A stretch of DNA of 55,756 nucleotides. Origin: a virus. Its lineage: Duplodnaviria; Caudoviricetes. A program made the translations under genes and the position numbers. The notes beneath the pieces were generated by a model. The model did not search any database. It saw nothing but the letters and a program-made list of their open reading frames with translations, and was not told the DNA's origin. The stretch covers positions 1 through 55,756 of the IMG/VR virus record IMGVR_UViG_3300021519_000002; one strand, 5' to 3'. Shown piece by piece: positions 28,492-38,729 of this stretch; the stretch's first letter is position 1, and the number at the start of each line of letters is the position of its first letter.

Positions 28492-28541
28492 CGTCAGTCC
28501 TTTGGATGCGGCATTATGCCCCCATACCACATATTGGGCAA

Positions 28542-29972
28542 TCACGCAGCATAGGGGTTGGTCCTCGACCTCTTGTTGTATATCTCAGCATCACTGATAT
28601 CACTCTGGTCAAAGTCCTGTCGCTCTGGTGCATCAATCGATATCCATCCACCATCCCTCAAGTATCTCAAGCCCTGACTGATGCAGTCCACGAACTCATC
28701 ATGCACAGTCTCGGGGAAGGAGCATATCTGACTCACCATCCCTTCAGCCCAGTCCCTCACATAACCTTTGCGGTTGCTGCTCTCAGGCACCCACACTCGA
28801 CCAGCCTTGATGATGTTCGCCACAATGCTCAGGCGCTGTAGCTTGTCAGCCTTGCCGGGGTTGTAAGCGTGGACCGGAAGGTGAGCGCGTTGCAAATCCT
28901 GTATCAAGCTGATCCCTGCGCTCTTGTCCTCCACCAGTATCAAGTCGATCAGTTTCTTGTTCTTTCCATCCCCGTAGACCATCTCGTATTCCTTGATCAC
29001 CTTGGGGCGCAGATCAGGGTACTGAAGATGCTCCTGCCAGCAGTCCAAGACCATTACGCACATGCCACCGTCCAATGGCTGGAAGACTCCCAACGTGATC
29101 GATCCTGTCGGGTCATTAATTGTTTTGTCACTGGTGGCGCAGTCGTAGGACTGGATGATGAACTCCAGTTTTGGGAAGGGTTTCCCATCAGGCCACAGCC
29201 GGAACCAATCCCTCTTGACGATGCCACCCTCTTCAGGGTCGATGATCTCGGCATGTATCTCCTGCCTGCCCAGATTCGTCCCCTCATATTGGAGTATCTG
29301 CTTCTGAAAAGATGGCGCAAGGTTCTTGATGTTGGAGTAAGTCGAGGCGCGAGTAATGACAACGTCGTCGTCCTCCCTACCAATCAGATCAAGGATCACA
29401 TCCTTCGGCTTCGGGGTGGTCGAACAGATCAGCTTCGTGCGAGTTCCCAGCCTGATCCCGAACTGGATCATGTCCCATGACTCTTTGAGGTACTCCCATG
29501 CAGCCAACTCGTCAAGCCAGCCACCGTGAAACTGTGGCCCCCGGAACCGCTCAGGCTCTGATGCTGGTATCCCCTTGATCAGCGATCCATTGGTCAGGTA
29601 TATCTCATGCAGGCTGCTGTTGTACTTTGCCACCAGAAGGCTTGGGATGACCTTTAGCAGACCGCTGTCGCCTTCAAAGCAAACCCCTTTGAGGTCTCCC
29701 GAAGTTGGAGCAGAAACCAGCCAGCGGGTCTGTGGTTGGGTCCAAGCCCACCATGAAAGTGTTTCAGCCGCTGCTCTCGATTTTCCCGCACCCCTACCCG
29801 CCAAAATTAACCAACAATTCCACCAGTCCCCCGGTGGCTCGATCTGGTGCTTGTGGGCCTGCTCCTGCAACCACTTGTACTGCCAGTTGAAGATAGCCTG
29901 AGCATGCGGGGTCAGCTTGCCATACTGCTCCACCATCCCTTGATCCAACAAGATATCGTCAACGGCGCTCAT
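28542..29972 (-). CDS. terL: Terminase large subunit
   Basis: Walker A LAGRGAGKS, Walker B WLDE, TTPKP, and nuclease motifs QSYD, VEDKSAG, HDEFVD. Confidence 0.95.
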   Translation of the reverse strand: MSAVDDILLDQGMVEQYGKLTPHAQAIFNWQYKWLQEQAHKHQIEPPGDWWNCWLILAGRGAGKSRAAAETLSWWAWTQPQTRWLVSAPTSGDLKGVCFEGDSGLLKVIPSLLVAKYNSSLHEIYLTNGSLIKGIPASEPERFRGPQFHGGWLDELAAWEYLKESWDMIQFGIRLGTRTKLICSTTPKPKDVILDLIGREDDDVVITRASTYSNIKNLAPSFQKQILQYEGTNLGRQEIHAEIIDPEEGGIVKRDWFRLWPDGKPFPKLEFIIQSYDCATSDKTINDPTGSITLGVFQPLDGGMCVMVLDCWQEHLQYPDLRPKVIKEYEMVYGDGKNKKLIDLILVEDKSAGISLIQDLQRAHLPVHAYNPGKADKLQRLSIVANIIKAGRVWVPESSNRKGYVRDWAEGMVSQICSFPETVHDEFVDCISQGLRYLRDGGWISIDAPERQDFDQSDISDAEIYNKRSRTNPYAA

Positions 29973-29983
29973 GTGATTGTGCC

Positions 29984-30097
29984 TATTAATTAATTAGTAG
30001 CGTACTAATTAATTAGTAGCGTACTAATTAATTAGTAGCGTACTAATTAATTAGTAGCGTATTAATTAATTATGCTTGGGTATTAATTAATTAATAC
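29984..30097. repeat. Tandem array of 19-bp AT-rich palindromic units between terS and terL
   Basis: tactaattaattagtagcg x3 perfect (30003-30059), one variant (29984-30002), one partial, then perfect palindrome gtattaattaattaatac (30080-30097). Confidence 0.9.
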
Positions 30098-30453
30098 TAT
30101 TCGGACTGACGACGCAGCTTGATGTTCTTGAGTAGTTCCCCGAACACATTTAGGTTCTGCTCCACCACAATAGGATGTTCGTCGTTGCCTGATACCTCCA
30201 TCCTAGCCAGCTTGGGAACGTGATACTCCACCACACTCTGAAACATATCAAAAGCTTTGGCTGGGTTGGGAGGGACAATGAACTCACCGTCACCATCTCT
30301 TACACCATCAGCAACCCTGTCAAGCCATCCCGTTAGCCTAGAGGCATTCTGATCGACAAACAATGCTATAGCCTGCCTCGCCTCATTTGTAGCCTTGTTG
30401 GGCGTACCCATTTGCCTACCGCCAGTCTTTTCTTTTTTACCTTCCATGATCAC
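30097..30453 (-). CDS. terS: Terminase small subunit
   Basis: KTGGRQMGTPNKAT N-terminus and EYHVPKLAR.EVSG C-terminus; directly upstream of terL. Confidence 0.75.
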   Translation of the reverse strand: MIMEGKKEKTGGRQMGTPNKATNEARQAIALFVDQNASRLTGWLDRVADGVRDGDGEFIVPPNPAKAFDMFQSVVEYHVPKLARMEVSGNDEHPIVVEQNLNVFGELLKNIKLRRQSE

Positions 30454-30545
30454 CCCTAAATATTTCTAGTTTAGATTTGGTGACATACATCTTTGCAAAT
30501 GTCTTCTCGGTCATGTTTCAGCCCTGTGGCGCACATATCTCAGTG

Positions 30546-30740
30546 CTATGGGGATGGATGATACTCTACTTTTTTATTTAGCTTGTTTGTTGTTTTTTCG
30601 TGCTTTTCAATTGCTTTGAAAAGGTTTCTATCGGAATGTGATTGGGCCTCTTCCATTCCTTGCAAGTAAGTTGGCCCTGTTCTTACCCTATACCAATCAC
30701 TTAGGGCAATAAACAATTCTTTTTCAGATGTTTTACTCAT
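30546..30740 (-). CDS. Hypothetical protein (64 aa)
   Basis: ORF co-oriented with its neighbours. Confidence 0.45.
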   Translation of the reverse strand: MSKTSEKELFIALSDWYRVRTGPTYLQGMEEAQSHSDRNLFKAIEKHEKTTNKLNKKVEYHPSP

Positions 30741-30916
30741 TTTTGTGCCACTCGCTCATTTATTTTCTCCTCCCGCTCTACGAACTCTAGGATGACTGCC
30801 TCTGCAATTGCCTCCCACTCGATCTTTTGCCTGTCGCCCATGTCCTCCCACTTGCGTTGCCAGCCCCCGATTTTGGCCCCCATGTCGTGCGCGATCTGTC
30901 CGTAGGTTTTCATCTC

Positions 30917-31285
30917 TTAAAACAGTCCTAGTTGGGGTGATGGCTCTAATTGTTTATCACCTAGTATTTTTGATCGCCACAGGGTTACTGTGTCCATGTG
31001 GTTGTGGCTTTGTTCCGGCGCTACCTTTGTGATCGGCTCAATCCATCCCATGATGTTTAACGCTCTCACGCCAGACACCCATGTGTTGTGATGCAGACTT
31101 TTTGGTAGGAATATCATTCTCCTCCTACAATGCTCCCTGAATTCATCTCCCATGACTATTGGGCGATTGATTAGGAGTTCTTCCGCGCTGGCAAGGTATT
31201 GCTCCACGAATTCAGGCTCTGACCTGTTGGCTTTGCCCCAACACTGGTCAGCAAGCATGATTGCCTGTTGCATCCTGTCGTCCAT
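30917..31285 (-). CDS. Hypothetical protein (122 aa)
   Basis: TAATG coupling to the upstream gene; ends QLGLF, resembling a beta-clamp-binding motif. Confidence 0.65.
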   Translation of the reverse strand: MDDRMQQAIMLADQCWGKANRSEPEFVEQYLASAEELLINRPIVMGDEFREHCRRRMIFLPKSLHHNTWVSGVRALNIMGWIEPITKVAPEQSHNHMDTVTLWRSKILGDKQLEPSPQLGLF

Positions 31286-31608
31286 TACCTGCTCACCGAG
31301 ACTTCAGCGTCTGGAGTGGCTTTACATGCCTCCAGATATTTTTCGACGAACGGGATGAAGTGTTCATACATGCCCCAGCCGTTGGATGAGTTGAACTTCT
31401 CAAACTTTTTAGGATCAGACTTCAGCAAAGCAAGCCCCACCTGTAGCGGCTCGATCAGTTGATTTGCATGCGTTATGCCTGTTTCTTCCGGCCTCCACAA
31501 AGCATCATAAATACCCGCTGCCGCCGCCATTCCCCCAAGGTTATGAGTAATGTTTGAACTGAACACCGTCGTTGGCATGACCTTTGTAAGGGTAACGTCG
31601 AGACTCAT
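31285..31608 (-). CDS. Phage hypothetical protein (107 aa)
   Basis: MSLDV.L...NITHNLG.MA...LWRP...NGWG.YE motif; ATGA overlap. Confidence 0.75.
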   Translation of the reverse strand: MSLDVTLTKVMPTTVFSSNITHNLGGMAAAAGIYDALWRPEETGITHANQLIEPLQVGLALLKSDPKKFEKFNSSNGWGMYEHFIPFVEKYLEACKATPDAEVSVSR

Positions 31609-32283
31609 TTTTCGTCTTTCAGAGCAAAGTTCAGATAATCCCTCAATGTCTTTGCCATTTCCAATGTAAGTTTATATTTTAAACAATCTTGATCCTCTGC
31701 CGTAGGCGCAAAATTTTCAAACTCAAAATCTACAAAATCAGCATCTTCGTAAATACCAACGCTCAAAATAGCAGAATCCATTTCGTCGTCTTCAACAAAT
31801 TTGTGCAGGCTATTCATCATTCCCCCTCACTGCGGAGGATGCGATGTTCAGCCCATTTCTTGTACGCCTTCATGTCGCTGTTCTCCTGCTTTAAGCGTTC
31901 GTTTTCACCCTTGAGATGAGCCATGATGCTGCTGGCCCTTGCGATCCAGTCCTTCACATCCTGAGACATCATGTGCATTTCAGGTGCTTGTTTCGGCTGC
32001 ATGACGATCTTGGTCGTCTTTTTTGCCGCGCTCACTTTTTTCTTGGTAGCCATCATTCCCCCTCAAAGAAATCGCTGATTTGGTCTTCCAGTTTGTTGCT
32101 AATCTGGTCATTCATCTTGCGCTCCAGCCACGTTGCTTTGTAGCCTTTGCGATCCAGCAGTTCCCAATCGGTCTCAGTGCTGCTGGGTTCGTTGTACGAT
32201 CCCCTGACCTTGTTGTAGCTGATTACACCGATAAGGCAGGGTATGCCTGCTACTTTCGTTTCAATTGTTGCGATGTGGCTCAC
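31605..32283 (-). CDS. Three translationally coupled small hypothetical proteins (31605-31820, 31817-32056, 32053-32283)
   Basis: Successive 4-nt stop/start overlaps. Confidence 0.65.
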
Positions 32284-32920
32284 AGTTCACCCCCGTCATA
32301 GACATCGTCGAAATGCTGCGTAGCTGCCTGCAAGAGTTCATTTTGCGCGTCCATGACCGCTTCCCGCAGTTGTAGGATGAATTCCTCCGGCATGTGGCAG
32401 GATGCCGCTCCCTCAAGGGCCGATACGGCTGCGCCGTAGTCGTATGCGGCCTGCTCCAAAACCGTCATGTCGTTGGTATCCATTACGCCACCAGTTTCTG
32501 CAAAGCTGCAATCAATTCCAACGCCTGTTCGCGGCTCAACACCGTGGACGCTAACCCCCTGCGAAGATGGATCGCAATCCAAACGCTGTTGTCATCGTAA
32601 TCATCGACGAACACGCATTCATTGTCGCTCAGTGAATCTATTCTTTGTGATCTGTCCATTTTTTTGCTCCTTTTGACCTGCATCGATTGCAGTGATAAGA
32701 ATATAACTGATTATTAGACTTTGTGCAACATTTAATTTGTTTCTTCGATCCATTCCAAAGCTATTCTTTTAGCCTCCGGTAAGGTATCGGCACAGCCCAA
32801 ATAGCTGTCGCAGTCCTTATCTGCGAAGACCTCAAAGACCTTCGCGGTCTCGTCAAATACCGCAACCGTCAGATTGCGTCCATCACGCGGGAATAAGCGA
32901 TTCATGATCAGACCTTTCAA
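32280..32920 (-). CDS. Three small early hypothetical proteins (32280-~32483, 32483-32659, 32732-~32905)
   Basis: Co-oriented ORFs; the ATG at 32659 follows AAGGAG within the repeated promoter leader. Confidence 0.55.
32666..32728 (-). promoter_or_regulatory. Repeated early sigma70 promoter and leader, copy 1
   Basis: TTGCAC-17nt-TATATT, then CACTGCA..TGCAG hairpin and AAGGAG. Confidence 0.75.
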
Positions 32921-32935
32921 TATTTGCGGTAGGTT

Positions 32936-32949
32936 GGGGCCGAAGCCCC
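32936..32949 (-). other. UUCG-tetraloop hairpin without a U tract
   Basis: Same 14-mer GGGGCTTCGGCCCC as at 13240-13253 and 41673-41686. Confidence 0.6.
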
Positions 32950-32956
32950 GATTCAG

Positions 32957-33142
32957 TTAATTAAGGAACGAAACGCCTTCATCAACGTACATATTGAAAG
33001 TCGATTTCGCGCATTGCAATTGGTCTTCAGCGTCAAATGCGTTGTCAAGGGAGTTCATCATTGCTTCAACGCGGTCAAAGCCAACTGGGACAGTTTTTTG
33101 TTCTGCCCATTTGTAAAATTCGTTACGTTCTTGATTTGTCAT
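32957..33142 (-). CDS. Small early protein (MTNQER..., 61 aa)
   Basis: GAGGAG RBS directly behind promoter copy 2. Confidence 0.7.
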   Translation of the reverse strand: MTNQERNEFYKWAEQKTVPVGFDRVEAMMNSLDNAFDAEDQLQCAKSTFNMYVDEGVSFLN

Positions 33143-33147
33143 TTTGT

Positions 33148-33199
33148 TGCTCCTCGGTTGCAGTGACAAGACTATAACTCAAAATTAGACTTTGTGCAA
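33148..33199 (-). promoter_or_regulatory. Repeated early sigma70 promoter and leader, copy 2
   Basis: TTGCAC-17nt-TATAGT-CTTGTCACTGCA. Confidence 0.75.
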
Positions 33200-33200
33200 A

Positions 33201-34050
33201 CTATTTTGCAAGCAACGCATCAATTGCTTCGATTTGGGCCACAAGCTTGGCCCGTTCTGAGACAAGTTCATCTTCTTTCGCAAAACAGGAGCGCACTTCA
33301 ACAACCTCACAATCCGAATAGCCTCCCCCCATTCCAAGCTTTTTAAGCCATGCCACTTTTGCATCTGCTGGGGCGCGTGTCATCCAAACCTTTGCCCGAT
33401 ACTTTGCTCTCCGATTACCCTCTCCAGAACCACCGTACGGGCCGTAATACTTGTTGCTTGAAAACTTGATTGCGTATGCCATGATCAACCTACCTTTTTT
33501 TCGTGAGCCACTTCGTCAGCCTGACCGTACTGCACATAAGCCACTGAGCCATACGCAGGACGGTCTTCACGCCAGAAATCAAAGTCCACCTCTCCTACCA
33601 TGTACATGCGGTTCAAAAGGCGCTGTGCGGCTGCTTTGGCCCCTTCACGGGCATCCATGAAGTACGGCTCACCAGTCTCTTCATCCACTCCGGCTTTGGC
33701 ACCCTTCCAACCGCCATTTGACCAGCGGTTTCCCAGATCGTCCTCTGCCGAAATGAAATAAACCTCGGCAATGTACTCATCACCGTCCACCGTGTACCCC
33801 GCCAAGTACAGGTCTGAAGCAATTCCGAGTTGAAGCGTGTTTACTGAGGTTTTCATATTGACCTTTAAACGATGAAATTTGGATGCGATACGACGTTCCA
33901 CGCATGGGCATAGTCCATCAACTCGTTGCGGCTTTTTTTGCTTCGGCAAGAACGGATGAGAGAGGAAAGAGCCAAAGCAACATTAGTATCCAGACCCGCC
34001 AAATACAAGCGGTTGATGGTGGTTATTTCACGGTCTTCTGATTTAGTCAT
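33201..34050 (-). CDS. Three early hypothetical proteins (33201-33488, 33485-33856, 33865-34050)
   Basis: Operon behind promoter copy 3; the middle gene probably starts at MKTSVN (33856). Confidence 0.65.
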
Positions 34051-34056
34051 TTTGTT

Positions 34057-34120
34057 GCTCCGGGTTGACCTGCTGTTTGCAGTGACAAGACTATAACAGG
34101 AAGTTAGACTGTTGTGTCAA
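34057..34120 (-). promoter_or_regulatory. Repeated early sigma70 promoter and leader, copy 3
   Basis: TTGACA-19nt-TATAGT with extended -10 TG; CTTGTCACTGCA leader. Confidence 0.75.
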
Positions 34121-34673
34121 CTATTTTGGGGCGTTGGATGATTGTTTGTTTAACGCCATTACGCACCCCGTGATCCTTGACAGTGGCCTTCACCGTCATG
34201 GTTTCCCCCTTGTTGGGGAAGTTGCGGCTTGTCCCTTTGTAGATCACCACATTTTTATCTGCGTCTTCGCAGATGTAGATGTAGCTGACGCCATATATGC
34301 CATCCATTTCAACGATATGGCGCGTCGTCAGGGTCAACTCAATCTTTTCGCCAACCGTTCCCAAATGGACGCGGGTTGCGTTCAGTGCGGCTTCCTTGTC
34401 AGCCCATTCGACTTTACGGGCTGCGCGTTGAGCAATTATTTTGCGAACTGCCTCAACCTGCTTTTCGCTCAGTTTGCCAAAACGATCAAAAGCAGAAATC
34501 AACGAACCAAGGAAATTGGGTTCGTAACCACCATCTTCACTACGCCCAGAACAAATAAAAGTTTCAATCGCGCCAGCATCTGGGAAAGTCTTGTAAAACG
34601 TCGTCCTTGCATTTGCAAGTATTTTTGCCGTCCTACCTGCTTGCCAAGCTGCTTCGTTTTGGATGGGGCGCAT
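34104..34673 (-). CDS. Early protein with C-terminal OB-fold-like domain (189 aa)
   Basis: GKLSEKQV helix; GTVGEKIE...KATVKDH..RNGVKQTIIQRPK. Confidence 0.65.
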   Translation of the reverse strand: MRPIQNEAAWQAGRTAKILANARTTFYKTFPDAGAIETFICSGRSEDGGYEPNFLGSLISAFDRFGKLSEKQVEAVRKIIAQRAARKVEWADKEAALNATRVHLGTVGEKIELTLTTRHIVEMDGIYGVSYIYICEDADKNVVIYKGTSRNFPNKGETMTVKATVKDHGVRNGVKQTIIQRPKIVDTTV

Positions 34674-34693
34674 CTAAATCTCCTCAGTGCGTT

Positions 34694-34735
34694 GAACTGA
34701 AGAGACTATAACAGGAAGTTAGAGTCTTGTGTCAA
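34694..34735 (-). promoter_or_regulatory. Repeated early sigma70 promoter, copy 4
   Basis: TTGACA-19nt-TATAGT with extended -10 TG. Confidence 0.75.
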
Positions 34736-34897
34736 GGATTAGTCTTTTGTTCGCAAAACAATTTCACTTCTGCCGCTGCAAGTATAATTTTGTCAGCATA
34801 TTCAATGGCTTGCTTCCAGTCTCTTTTCAGCAAATATTCATGACATTTCTTTTTGTTTCGCATGATCTTGATCAGACCCTCTGAATAATCAAATATT

Positions 34898-35516
34898 TCA
34901 CTCATTTACCGCTCCTTTTTTTGGTATGTATCCTTCAACCCAACCGTCTTCATCTTCTCTGAACCGGATTTCGGGATGTTCACATCGATCTTGTTCAATC
35001 ATTGCCACTTGAAATTTACGAGAGCAGTCTGAACAAAATCCAGCTATCAATGTCGTGGAGTTGCAAGTCCTTGATGCATCCCTCCACCGCTCATATCCAT
35101 CTTGATTTGCACAGAGCGGTACTCCTTCAAACCGGATGTACGTTATCGGACGCATTGCTACCCTCCTTGATCGAATACAGCCATGTCTTTTGCGCCCTGC
35201 CATCCCTTGATGGGGCTGACTCTCGGGTGACAAGATTATTCTTCAGCATCTTTGCAAGCACAATGTTTGTGATATCTAAACTGAATCCACAAGCCTTGCG
35301 TATGTCACCAGTCTTCATTGGCTTTTCTGCAAGTTCAATCAGTATTTTTTCTCTGTTCACAATGTAGTCACTCAGACCAGCACTCTGCACAGGAGTCTTT
35401 CCTTTTATATTCCTGACATTGATCCAAGACTCATTAAGGGTTGGCTTGTAGATCGGGTACTGCTTCTGGGGCAGCTTGTACTTCCAATCAGGACTCCGTG
35501 CTTGTGCCAAGTTCAT
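34898..35516 (-). CDS. Two hypothetical proteins: Cys-rich (34898-~35155) and winged-HTH-like (35127-35516)
   Basis: C...CSDC...C pattern; EKILIELAEKPMKTGDIRKACGFS...LAKMLKNNLV resembles a winged helix. Confidence 0.5.
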
Positions 35517-35784
35517 TCTTCTTCCCTCTTGAGTTTGCTTTGAATCGTTGGATTGCGTTACTTACCTTCTCAATCACAGCACCATCCTCTGTGTCGGCAG
35601 GAACGTGCCGCTCCAGTACGTCTAATGCTTCTTGAAGAATCTCACTTGCTGTCATTTTGGTTTCTTTCTAGATGCGTCAATGCAGTGCTGGCATTTCCAG
35701 CGTTTAACGCCAGAGGGGACGGTCACAAGCTTTACTGCAAAGCTATGCCAGCATGTGTTGCACATTGGATTTACTGGTGCTGGT

Positions 35785-36870
35785 CTACCCATTACGCCTC
35801 CTGAGTGATACTGAAAACCTTGCTCTTGCCACCCAATCTGTTGTGTCTGTCTCGAACTGTCTGTCCATAGCAATCTGCGGTTCAACCCGTATATATACAT
35901 CATGGGTTGCCTGTAGTGTGCTAATCATTGTTTTCCACAAATCAACAAATGCAAGAGCGTCTTCTTCTTTATGACATTTTTCTACAAAATTGCAGTGTGA
36001 GTAGATAATTGTTGGCGACTCATCCACAGTTCTTCTCCTTGAGCAATGCTGCCACTGCTTGCATCATGCGTTCTGGGTATCCAACATTCGCCGCAAATAT
36101 GTGATTGATTTCTGTACCCGTCAGACCTACCCACTGCTTTACTTCACAGTAGCAGTAGCGGCATACAGCACTACCCTCTTTGAGCGGCTGGGCATCTCCG
36201 AATTTATCCACCATTTCTGCTCCTCAGTTTGGCTTCAAGGGCTTCATAAAGTGTGAACGGAAACATCAACTTTGTCCCGCCATTTTCCCAATGTTCACCA
36301 ACCACTTTTTCAACTACTTTGTATATTGAATTAACTTCTTCCTCCGTCAGACTTACCCACTTACTTTTATTCAAGTACCTGCCTATCGCGGCAATAACTG
36401 CTTCAGCAGCGTCGTCAGTTGATACGTTGTTGTTCACAGAAATGCAATCTTGCGTGATACGCATGACCCAATCACCACCTTCTTTAGTAAAAACAATTGC
36501 GTTTTCTTTAACCCTGTTTTCGTAATGCGCCCCTTCGTTCTTATCCACTGTTGTCTTCAGTCTGCCTTCCATTGCTTCGCGGTCAATCTTTGCCGCGTAT
36601 TCCATTGCAGTTTTTACGTTAGCCACAGTTCTTCTCCTTGAGCAATGCTTCCACTGCTTGCATCATGCGTTTTGGGTATCCAACATTCGCCGTACATATG
36701 TGATTGATTTCTGTACCTGTCAGACCTACCCAATCTTTTGGCGCACGATGCGTCATGGTGTATGCGTCTAACAGAGTGATTACAAGAATAACCCTGCCTT
36801 CACCGTCGTCATAGATTGTTTCGTAATTGCATTTGTCCCTAATGTAATCATTAAAATTATTGAAAGTCAT
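35785..36870 (-). CDS. Four coupled small proteins (35785-36027, 36020-36214, 36204-36626, 36619-36870); three share a WV[GS]LTxxE C-terminal domain
   Basis: Overlapping stops/starts; shared C-terminal peptide. Confidence 0.7.
36024..36732. repeat. 110-bp direct repeat encoding a shared C-terminal domain
   Basis: 36024-36133 vs 36623-36732, 5 mismatches by my count. Confidence 0.9.
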
Positions 36871-37006
36871 GAGCAGGTCACCCCCACAACTTTAAATACC
36901 ACCACACCTACAACCACAACACAAACCCACAGAAATGAGCAGTAAAAGTACGCTTGCATCCCCGCTGCTTCCCTGTGTCGTTTTACCAGTTCAATTGTTT
37001 CGTCGT

Positions 37007-37189
37007 TCATTTCTCCTCCTTCTTGCACTCGTACATTACATCGCCAATCTTTGCCTTGCCATAGGCATCACACTTATTTTGTACGCTTGCTGCTCCTTGA
37101 TTCAACCCAACGCAAAAGATCAACACTAACAAAGCAACGACAACTAATCCGGCAACAAACCCTTCTACCAAAGAATTATCAGCCATCAC
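37007..37189 (-). CDS. Small membrane protein (60 aa)
   Basis: N-terminal hydrophobic helix and C-terminal Cys pair. Confidence 0.6.
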   Translation of the reverse strand: MMADNSLVEGFVAGLVVVALLVLIFCVGLNQGAASVQNKCDAYGKAKIGDVMYECKKEEK

Positions 37190-37198
37190 TTGCTCCTT

Positions 37199-38337
37199 TT
37201 AAAATAAACCAAAATACGGTATACGATTTCCAAAATAGGATTGCCCCTGCATACCAAGATTGTCATAGTACGAATTCCTTAATCTTTCCATTGCAAACAT
37301 CTCCGCGTATGGGGTTTTCGGCATAGCCTCGATTGCCATCCGGTGTATCTCATCAATCGCAGCCTTTGCACTACGCTCTATGTCAGCCTCCCATGATGGG
37401 TACTTACCTTCAAACCAGTTGATGTCTTCGTCGGTCATTTCGACTCCTCTATCCGTGCGAGTGCTTCACTTGCAATCGGTGCTGACTCATAGCAGTCGTC
37501 GTTAATTTCAATTCTTCTTAGCGCAGCCACCGCAATGGCAAGCCTCAGCATTGCTTCATCTCGTTCTTGCATAATCACAAAAAACGATGGGGCAGTAGTC
37601 ATTTCTTCTCCTCTATCTGCGCGAGTGCTTCTAGTATCAAGTCAACCATTGACGGGGGTGTCATTGGATAGTCACGGACTCCTTTCAGCGCATCCACCGC
37701 GATGGAAAGGTGACGTAATGTTTCGTTGTGAACGTCCATCCTGATGTACGCGGTATCATCGTCGCCAACTGGATCACCGCACCATGTAATGCCCTCGGTG
37801 TCCTCATGCCATTTGCATTCGCTATCTTGCAAGTACAGGAGTTTGGGTGCTCCGACATCCTCAAGTTTCATTTCTGCCTCCTGTCATTGCCGCTGCGAAG
37901 TACACTCCAGCATTCATCCCGCCATTTGTTGTCCTTCGCTACCCTCCGCTCACCCTTCCTGCGCTCTGCGTTCTCGCCGCTGTAACATTCCTTTAACGCC
38001 GCTACCATGAGACCAAGACGCTGTTCAAGCATCCTAGCGTGAGCCGCCGTAACAACATCTCCAATTGATTTAATTGGATTACGTGAAGCAAGTGCATAGG
38101 GGAGGATGTCCCTGCACCGCTTCGCGCAAGCGTCCGTTTCTGGTGTCGGCATATCCGAGAGTTTCATTTTCTCTCCTTCAATCTGTTTGCGGCTTCAGCC
38201 CATGCTTGCTTTGCTGTGCTGGCGGTGATTAACTTGTCGTTTAAAAAAATACGGTACTCCCACCCAAACAGAGGATGTAACCCGCGTTGGCATACCGCAT
38301 CCGGATAATTTTTAAGCACCTGTTCCTTTGCAGTCAT
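37199..38337 (-). CDS. Five coupled small hypothetical proteins (37199-37438, 37435-37602, 37599-37871, 37868-38167, 38164-38337)
   Basis: Successive ATGA overlaps; 37435-37602 (55 aa) translated by hand. Confidence 0.6.
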
Positions 38338-38729
38338 TTCCCCTCCCCGACAATACGTAAAAACTCTTCTGTTTGAGCATCCCTCGCAACAGCTTTCGCA
38401 GCAGCCCACGCAGCAGATAATTCTTCTTCCGTCGCCAACCCGTAAACAAAACGTTCTGCTACATCGAGAGCGTCAATAATTCTCTGATCTTTCATCAAGT
38501 GCTGCACCTGACGAGCGCACCACACGGCAAATAACCTCCATTGTTTATCGTACTCAGGCGCAGCACGACAACACCACAGCGCGTCATCCAGCCCATTACT
38601 TTTAAGAATGACAGAAAAGGGCAGCGGTTCATCATCTGCCTCGGTCTTACCAAGGTGGGCCAGAAGTTTCTTCCAACCCTCGGCGCAAGGATGACGCTCA
38701 CGGATTTTATTAAGTGTGGTGGTAATCAT
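38334..38729 (-). CDS. Phage hypothetical protein (131 aa)
   Basis: TTLNKIR..HPC..GWKKLL...SNGLDDALW...FAVWCARQVQHLM.D.R pattern familiar from phage early regions. Confidence 0.75.
   Translation of the reverse strand: MITTTLNKIRERHPCAEGWKKLLAHLGKTEADDEPLPFSVILKSNGLDDALWCCRAAPEYDKQWRLFAVWCARQVQHLMKDQRIIDALDVAERFVYGLATEEELSAAWAAAKAVARDAQTEEFLRIVGEGK

Noticed and set aside
24505-28545. Inteins or ubiquitin-like conjugation as the explanation for the GG-bounded modules
   Set aside because: No intein C/S...HN splice motifs at the boundaries, and no E1/E2/JAB or beta-grasp genes recognised
28492-28545. ORF-track N-terminal extensions of the 1346-aa and 782-aa ORFs
   Set aside because: Better RBS-ATG pairs at 28491 and 24502
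29984-30072. Possible CRISPR array
   Set aside because: Units are directly adjacent with no unique spacers, and there is no cas operon
36024-36732. Possible diversity-generating retroelement TR/VR pair (4 of 5 mismatches are at adenines of one copy on the coding strand)
   Set aside because: No reverse transcriptase in the apparently complete genome, one mismatch is not at A, both copies are coding, and five sites are too few to exclude chance
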